DNA of 64,000 nt from the NCBI RefSeq assembly GCF_009914755.1, contig NC_060940.1; one strand, given 5' to 3'. Both the position numbers and the translations under genes were made by a program. Below, piece by piece: positions 43,871 through 64,000 of this stretch (positions are counted from its first letter, which is position 1; each line of letters begins with the position of its first letter). The stretch comes from the human T2T-CHM13v2.0 reference genome, Homo sapiens. The notes under the pieces were generated by a model, which saw only the letters and a list, made by a program, of their open reading frames with translations, was not told where the DNA came from and ran no database searches.

Positions 43871-44507
43871 GTGCTTTAGAATCTGCCATGAATCTGCAGC
43901 CTCTATTATATAGCTCCCTATAGACTTTGCTTCCTACCGTCTTACGTTCTGCCTTATAGGCATTTGACTTTGCAACCCTTGTTTTTGTTAGTATGCTACG
44001 CTGGTGACATTGACCAAATTGACCACACATTAATTATAAGCTTAGTTGGTGATGACCTCAACGGAATAACGTGACATAAGTATTGTGACAATACTTCTTG
44101 CATGTATCTGCAGGTGGAATTGTAAACCTGGTGGTCCGAGATGGTCTAATTCCATCTTCCTATGTATCTCCTTATATTAATAGTGGTAACATTTGTGGTG
44201 GTGATTCAGCATTTCAATGCCTCTTCTCATGGCAACAACAAACGTTTTCCTTCTGAATCAACATTAACCTAGATGTTACTGCGGATCAAAATTAGACTCT
44301 ACATTTTCAACCACAGAAATACCGGGCAGTAAAAATTTTTCTTAATATTGATTGCCTACATAGGTTGTGTAATTAGCATATGTTTACAGTTCTATGATTT
44401 CTGCGTGGCTGCTACAGAGCTGGAGGGGGTAAAGCAACAGTATTTTCTCAGTTGTGCGAGCAGCATTACATTATAATAAATAGGTAATATTAAACTGGGC
44501 TGATGAG

Positions 44508-46057
44508 AGTTGCAAAAGACTACTTTAATGTTCATATGGAACCAAAAAAGAGCCCGCATTGCCAAGACAATCCTAAGCCCAATGAACAAAGCTGGAGGCA
44601 TCATGCTACCTGACTTCAAACTATACTACAAGGCTACAGTAACCAAAACAGCCTGGTACTGGTACCAAAACAGACATATAGACCAATGGAACAGAACAGA
44701 GCCCTCAGAAATAATACCACACATCTACAACCATCTGATCTTTGACAAACCTGACAAAAACAAGAAATGCGGAAAGGATTCCCTACTTAATAAATAGTGC
44801 TGGGAAAACTGGCTAGCCCTATGTAGAAAGCTGAAACTGGATCCCTTCCTTACACCTTATACAAAAATTAATTCAAGATGGATTAAAGACTTAAATGTTA
44901 GACCTAAAGCCGTAAAAACCCTAGAAGAAAACCTAGGCAATACCATTCAGGACATAGGGATGGGCAAGGACTTCATGTCTAAAACACCAAAAGCAATGGC
45001 AACAGAAGCCAAAACTGACAAATGGGATCTAATTAAACTAAAGAGCTTCTGCACAGCAAAAGAAACTAGGATCAGTGTGAACAGGCAACCTAGAGAATGG
45101 GAGAAAATTTTTGCCATCTACTTATCTGACAAAAGGCTAATATCCAGAATCTACAAAGAACACCAACAAATTTACAAGAAAAAAAACAAACCCCATCAAA
45201 AAGTGGGCAAAGCATATGAACAGACACTTCTCAAAAGAAGACATTTATGCAGCCAACAGACACATGAAAAAATGCTCATCATCACTGGCCATCAGAGAAA
45301 TGCAAATCAAAACCGCAATGAGATATCATCTCACACCAGTTAGAATGGCGATCATTAAAAAGTCAGGAAACAACAGGTGCTGGAGAGGATGTGGAGAAAT
45401 AGGAACACTTTTACACTGTTGGTGGGACTGTAAACTGGTTCAACCATTGTGGAAGACAGTGTGGCGATTCCTCAGGGATCTAGAACTAGAAATACCATTT
45501 GACCCAGCCATCCCATTACTGGATACATACCCAAAGGATTATAAATCATGCTGCTATAAAGACACATGCACACATATGTTTATCGCGGCAATATTCACGA
45601 TAGTGAAGACTTGGAACCAACACAAATGTCCATCAATGATAGACTGGATTAAGAAAATGTGGCACAGATACACCATGGAGTACTATGCAGCCATAAAAAA
45701 GGATGAGTTCATGTCCTTTGTAGAGACATGGATGAAGCTGGAAACGATCACTCTCAGCAAACTATCACAAGGACAAAAAACCAAACACCGCAAGTTCTCA
45801 CTCACAGATGGGAATTGAACAATGAGAACACTTGGACACAGGAAGGGGAACATCACACACTGGGGCCTCTTGTGTGGTGGGGGAGGGGGAAGGGATAGCA
45901 GTAGGAGATACACCTAATGTAAATGACGAGTTAATGGGTGCAGTACACCAACATGGCACATGTATACATATGTAACAAACCTGCACATTGTGTACATGTA
46001 CCCTATAACTTAAAGTATAATTTAAAAAAATAAGTAAATAAATAAATAAAAAAAGAA
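44508..46057 (+). mobile_element. 5'-truncated L1PA element (ORF2 C-terminus, 3'UTR, A-rich tail)
   Basis: ORFs 44510-44797, 44960-45343 and 45216-45818 encode L1 ORF2 ([29 protein letters not shown]; [26 protein letters not shown]), disrupted by a stop and a frameshift. Confidence 0.96.
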
Positions 46058-46083
46058 ACAATTGCTGGCTTTGCAATTCTCTT

Positions 46084-46643
46084 TCCTCCAAAATCGCCAA
46101 GGCCTCAATTTACTCATTGCTGAAAAAGGACGACTCTGTATATTTTTAAATGAAGAGTGTTGTTTTTACCTAAATCAATCTGGCCTGGTATATGACAACA
46201 TAAAAAAACTCAAGGATAGAGTCCAAAAACTTGCCAACCAAGCAAATAATTATGCTGAACCCCCTTGGGCACTCTCTTAATTGGATGTCCTGGGTCCTCC
46301 CAATTCTTAGTCCTTTAATACCTGTTTTTCTCCTTCTCTTATTCGGACCGTGTGTCTTCTGTTTAGTTTCTCAATTCATACAAAACCATATTCAGGCCAT
46401 CACCAATAATTCTATATGACAAATGCTCCTTCTAACAACCCCACAGTATCAGCCCTTACCCCAAAATCTTTCTTCAGTTGAATCTCTCCCACTGTAGGTT
46501 CCCATGCCGCCCCTAATCCCACTCAAAGCAGCCCTGAGAAACATCGCCCATTATCTCTCCATATCACCCCCAAAAATTTTCGCCACCCCAACACTTTACC
46601 ACTATTTTGTTTTATTTTTCTTATTAACATAAGAAGACAGGAA
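46084..46643 (+). mobile_element. HERV-H internal 3' remnant (env TM region and polypurine tract)
   Basis: LQNRQGLNLLIAEKGRLCIFLNEECCFYLNQSG contains the immunosuppressive domain and CX6CC motif; PPT aagaagacaggaa precedes the LTR. Confidence 0.88.
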
Positions 46644-47103
46644 TGTCAGGCCTCTGAGTCCAAGCTAAGCCATCATATCCCAGTGACCTGCACGTATACA
46701 TCCAGATGGCCTGAAGCAACTGAAGATCCACAGAAGTGAAAACAGCCTTAACTGAAGACATTCCACCATTGTCATTTGTTTCTGCCCCACCCTAACTGAT
46801 CAATGTACTTTGTAATCTGCCCCACTCTTAAGAAGGTTCTTTATCATCTCCCCCACCCTTAAGAAGTTTCTTTGTAATTCTCCTCACCTTTGACAATGTA
46901 CTTTATGAGATCCACCTCCTGCCCCCAAAACACTGCTCTTAACTCCACCGCCTATCCCCAAATCTATAAGAACCAGTGATAATCACACCACCCTTTGTTG
47001 ACTCCTTTTTCGGACTCAGCCCGCCTGCACCCAGGTGAAATAAACAGCCATGTTGCTCACACAAAGCATGTTTGGTGGTCTCTTCACACAGACACGTGAG
47101 ACA
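46644..47103 (+). mobile_element. LTR7 (HERV-H 3' LTR)
   Basis: tgtcaggcctctgagtccaagctaagccatcatatcc...ggactcagcccgcctgcacccaggtgaaataaacagcc. Confidence 0.92.
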
Positions 47104-47273
47104 GGAGTTCGAGACCAGCCTGGCCAATCTGGTGAAACTCTATGTCTCTACTAAAAATACAAAAATTAGCTGGGCATGGTGGCGGGCACCTGTAATCCCA
47201 GCTACTCGGGAAGCTGAGGCACAAAAATTGCTTGAACCCAGGAGGCAGAGTTTGCAGTGAGCCAAGATCACAC

Positions 47274-47730
47274 TGTCAGGCCTCTGAGCCCAAGCCAAGC
47301 CATTGCATCCCCTGTGACTTGCACGTATACATCCAGATGGCCTGAAGTAACTGAAGATCCACACAAGAAGTAAAAATAGCCTTAACTGATGACATTCCAC
47401 CATTGTGATTTGTTTCTGCCCCACCCTAACTCTTCAATGTACTTTGTAATCTCCCCCACCCTTAAGAAGGTACTTTGTAATCTCCCCAACCCTTAAGAAG
47501 GTTCTTTGTAATTCTCCCCACCCTTGAGAATGTACTTTGTGAGATCCACCCCTGCCTGCAAAACATGGCTCTTCACCCCCTATCCCAAAACCTGTAAGAA
47601 CTAATGATAATCCACCACCCTTTGCTGACTCTCTTTTCGGACTCAGCCCGCCTGCACCCAGGTGAAATAAACAGCCATGTTGCTCACACAAAGCCTGTTT
47701 GGTGGTCTCTTCACACGGACGCGCATGAAA
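47274..47730 (+). mobile_element. LTR7 solo LTR inserted in an Alu right arm
   Basis: tgtcaggcctctgagcccaagcc...cacacggacgcgcatgaaa; 5-bp TSD cacac (47269-47273, 47731-47735). Confidence 0.93.
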
Positions 47731-48436
47731 CACACGACTGCACTTCAGGCTGGGCGACAGAGCTAGATTCCATCTCAAAAAAAATAAAATAAAAAGGAGT
47801 CACCTCCCCCGAGAGGCCTCTGGACCACCCCATCTGAGCAGGCCACTCTTCCTTCTCTATCTTACCATCTTGTTTCTGTCCCAGTAGTTAGGGCTACCTC
47901 CAGTAATCCTATTTGTCCCTTTACTGTTTAGTGCGTCTCGCTTGACTAGAAGCTCCATGAAAGCAAGAGACCCTACCTGCCTCCTTCGCCACTAGACCCC
48001 CAGGGCCTGGTATGTGGTGATCGCTCAGGGCCCATTTTCTTCCTTTCCTCCTCCTCCAAGGGTGGGGAAAGAGCATCAGAAGGTCTAGGTGGCCCCAGGC
48101 CCAAACAATGCTCCTTTAAAAGGAAACTAGATTGTTACAAAGGTCAGAGGCTGAAAAGTTATTTCCGCCTTTTATCCCTCTAAATTCTTCACTTCCTGAA
48201 AAAACAAACAAACAAAAAAGCCACTGAGGGCCCTTGGACTAAATCCAGGCCTGAGTTGCTGGGCAGAGGTCAGTCTTGTCCAGACATGGGAAAAAAATAA
48301 CTCGAGTCAGACAGGTGGGTCACCACAGAACTAATCCAGCCTGCAAATGGCCTGTGCAATCTTCAGCTCTGTCCAGACCTGCCTCCCTCTGGGGATGCCT
48401 TTAAAGGTGATGAATGATCTGGATGAATGGGCTTAG

Positions 48437-48781
<345 letters not shown>

Positions 48782-48934
48782 TAAATTCCTAACAACGTAT
48801 CTCCAGAAAGTATAGGCACAACAGCACATGCAGTCATTCCTGTAATTAAGTGCTCCGGGAGGCCAAGGCAAGAAGATCCCTTGAGCCCAGGAGTTTGAGA
48901 CCAGCCTGGACAACATAGCAAGACTGTGTCTCTA

Positions 48935-49529
<595 letters not shown>

Positions 49530-49854
49530 CTAAAATCAGGGTCCAGCTCCACCACAAGCGCAGCTCCAGGGGCTGTTGAGTTTTGCCTCTACCATTCCAA
49601 GTAGTCTCTGCTCCAGACCAAGTCCCACCATCTGGCAGTCATGTCAGTCCAACCACAGTCATATCAGGGCACTTCCAGTCATTGAGTGCCCCTTGAGGAG
49701 GCTGGAGGAGAGGCCAATGACATTTGCACTTGAGACTCCAGAGTCTAGATTTATAACCACTATGTTACGGCTGCCAGTGTGGCTGCAAGGACACTTCTTT
49801 CATTCATTCATTTACAATAGATGTAGCATCTGCTGTGTGCCAGATGCCATTCTA

Positions 49855-50031
<177 letters not shown>

Positions 50032-50092
50032 CTACTAAAAGTACAAAAATCAGCTGGGCATGGTGGCACGTGCCTGTAGTCCCAGCTACTCA

Positions 50093-50194
<102 letters not shown>

Positions 50195-50425
50195 TCAAAA
50201 AATAATAATGATAATAAAATAAAGACTGCTACTAAACAATAAAATAACCAAACCAGATAGATGACTTCAGGTGGTGGTAAGAGCTTTGAAAGAATAAGCA
50301 AGGTAACTAACTGGTCAGAGGAAGGGAGATGGGTGCATTCCCTCAGATAGACCGCCCCAGAGGTCTGCCTCTCTGACATGACATTTGAGCAGAGACCCAA
50401 CAGGAAAAGGAAGAGGCTGCTCTAT

Positions 50426-50848
<423 letters not shown>

Positions 50849-50945
50849 TCAAGGTGATGAGGGCCTGGAAAGAGGGGCTGGGGTCGAATCACCAGATCCT
50901 GTTGGTTGCAATGGAAGAGCCTGGAGTTTATTCTCAGAGCAGTGA

Positions 50946-51319
<374 letters not shown>

Positions 51320-52209
51320 TAGTAGAGACAAGATTTCACCACGTTAGCCAGGATGGTCTCGATTTCCTGACCTCGTGATCTGCCCACCACGGCCTCCCAA
51401 AGTGCTGGGATTACAGGCGTGAGCCACCGTGCCTGGCCAGCCACCGGAAAGTTTTATGTAAGCAGGGGAGTGATCTGTTTTATCATTTAGAAGGATACAC
51501 ACCTCTTCTTCTTTTTTTAGAGACAGGGTCTAGTTCTGTCACCCAGGCTGGAGCCCAGTGGCACAATCATAGCTTACTGTAACCTCAAACTCCTGGGCTC
51601 AAGTGATCCTCCTGCCTCAGCATCCCAAAGTGCTGGATTACAGGCATGAGTCACCATGCCTGGTCACACTTCTCATTCTTTAAACCAGACCTCATTTGTC
51701 CATCTCCCCCATCCCCCGCCCCACCCCACGGACTGTCCTATAATGCCCATACAACAGGTCACTGTTTAGAAAGTGCTACAAAGTTACAAACACAGTCCCT
51801 TCTGAGCCTCCCACCAATGTTGGTGGGTACAAGGTCAAAAAAAAAAATCTCATCTATCTAAGGGGCATAGGAGACTTTTTAGTTAGAGGGCCCAATTATA
51901 GTCCTCCTGAAAAGATGCCAAAAGTCCCCTTCAACACTTAGCAAAGATTCAAGAAAGATGAATCTCACATTCTTTGTATGGGAAATGAGGAACTTGACAT
52001 CTTCAATATAATGGATTCCACTAAAATAAGATGACGATCAATAGGAACCAACTAAAAAAATACTTGACTAGCTGTTATTGAAAGGCTGAAATTCAGCTGA
52101 CATAAGCAGTATTAATATTGAGCTAGAAAATAATTCGCATTGAATTCAGCCCAACTTTTGTTTTCTGATTTGGGTCTCTTCTAAATTTTTTTTTTCTTCT
52201 GGACATTGA

Positions 52210-52571
<362 letters not shown>

Positions 52572-54008
52572 CACACCTAGGTGATTTTTAAAGTTCTTCT
52601 AGTAGAGACAGGGTCTCACTATGTCGGGTCGCCGTGTTTGATGTCAGTTTTCCCTGCCAGAATCTACAATCTCCTTGATCACCATTATATCCCAACGAAG
52701 AGCTCAGTACCTGGTACAAAGCACATTTGATCAATACTTGCTGAATAAAGAAATAAAAATGAAGAGGCACTCCAGCCTGGGCAACAGAGTGAGATGGTCT
52801 CAAAAAAACAAAAACAAAAACAAAAAACGACTGGAAAGGAGATGAGGGTACTTGTGAAGCCATATTATATGACACGCTCTGTGCTAGGACTTTTATATAC
52901 CTTGTCTCATCTCTTCATCTCATATAATCCTTACAAGGATCTCAAAAGTGGGGAAATCCCCATATAACTGAAGACGAAGGCAGTTCAGAAGTTCACTGAT
53001 TTGCCCTAAGGTTCCTCAATTTGCAAACGTCAGGCCAATGATCCAACCCCAGGTATGTTTGGCAGTGAAGGACCAGTTGAGTCACAGCTGCAAGTAACCA
53101 CCCTGCAGTGGTCCCTATCTTGGCCGTTAGCTTACATTGACATTTAACACTCAAATTTACTCAGTAACACCAGCTATCATGTTTTCCACTAAAACTCCAC
53201 AGCATTCTGGCAACTTTTCTATTTTAGAGCAATAAAGTAAATTGTTAGCATCCCTTTGACATATAAATATTTCTACAAATAGTAATTCTCTAGCCATTCA
53301 TTTGGAGTATTTAAAACTCAACATTCATAGCACATTTTATGTGACAAAGAACTTATGTTCAGAACACAAAAATAAGTCGTACGTCTTCATTAAAAACAGG
53401 TGAAGAATTTGAACAAACATTTGCAAACTAAAATACAAATGAAATACACTCAACATCATTAAACAAGAAAATAAAATTATGAGATAATCACTAATAATCA
53501 CTACATATGCACCACAGTGATTAAAATTTTTTTAAGTTAAGCCACGTGACCCAACAAGGTGCATTCACTCAAGAGAAACGCAAATATATGTCCACTCAAA
53601 GACTTGCACATGAATGTTGAGAGCAGGTTTATACTGAATAGCGCAATGTGAAAAAACCCCAAAATCTAGCAAAGGATGAAGGGAGAAATAAACTGTGGTA
53701 TATACATACAATAGAACACTACTCAATAATAAAAAGGATTATATTCCTGATACATGCAATATGGGTGAACCGTAAAAATATCATGCTGAGCAAGAGAAGC
53801 CAAACACAAGAGAACATGTTGTTATGATTTCACGTACATGAAACTTTAGTAAAGACAAGTCTAATCCATAGTGACAGAAAGCAAATCAGTAACTGCTGAC
53901 AGGGGCAAATGAGGAGATGATCCCAAGGGAACCTTCTGGGGTAAGACGCTGTTCTCTATCTCGATCGTATTGGTGGTCACACAAGTGAAGACATGTTAGA
54001 ACTCATCA

Positions 54009-63720
<9,712 letters not shown>

Positions 63721-64000
63721 TCATGCCAGTCAGGAATGAAACTCATTCAATGCAACTAAGCATCTCTAGAATATCTCCACCCCCACCCCACTCCCCAAAG
63801 TGTTAATGACATCACATCAGTTAACTGTTAACCACATTTCATTACTCAATTTCAAAGCCCATTTTTGTTTCTACAGATGCTATCTTCAAAGCAATTTTCC
63901 TATTGATGAAAACTGAAATAACCCATATGAGAAGAATGTTACTTGATACTCTGCCACCCCCAAACATATTTTCTCTTCAAAACTGCATGTAAAGTCAAGG

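Noticed and set aside
44510-45818. L1 ORF2 pieces as an active retrotransposon
   Set aside because: 5'-truncated, with a stop and a frameshift.
46062-46419. HERV-H env as a syncytin-like gene
   Set aside because: Only a TM-subunit fragment with no SU region or start; frameshifted and stopped at ~46280.

Overview
Human (great-ape) chromosome 16p segmental-duplication DNA: an LCR16a core duplicon with flanking duplicated pieces, very Alu-dense. The main gene is a complete minus-strand NPIPB-subfamily gene of the NPIPB3/B4/B5 type. Its 7 coding exons (32020-32139, 21988-22116, 18274-18373, 17966-18161, 13820-13880, 13675-13710, 9555-12314) all have GT-AG junctions and join into a 3402-nt ORF (1133 aa). 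The last exon holds a ~2.2 kb coding VNTR that switches reading frame and back, plus a second, Alu-derived repeat encoding eight PKRxR basic motifs. Three phase-0 first coding exons are intact: MVKL (from a decayed ACSM acyl-CoA synthetase fragment), MFCC and MRVR (signal-peptide-like). Downstream is one convergent PLA2G10 pseudo-exon. Upstream and co-oriented are 10 exons of an SMG1 pseudogene. Between them lie THE1, MER41, MER1B, L1PA, a HERV-H env remnant and two LTR7 copies. Much of this locus's biology is already known, and I cannot assign the paralog with certainty without alignment. The most interesting sequence-level details are a stop codon hidden inside the frame-shifted VNTR block, the Alu origin of the basic-motif array, and the splice-acceptor-to-start-codon conversion at exon 1.
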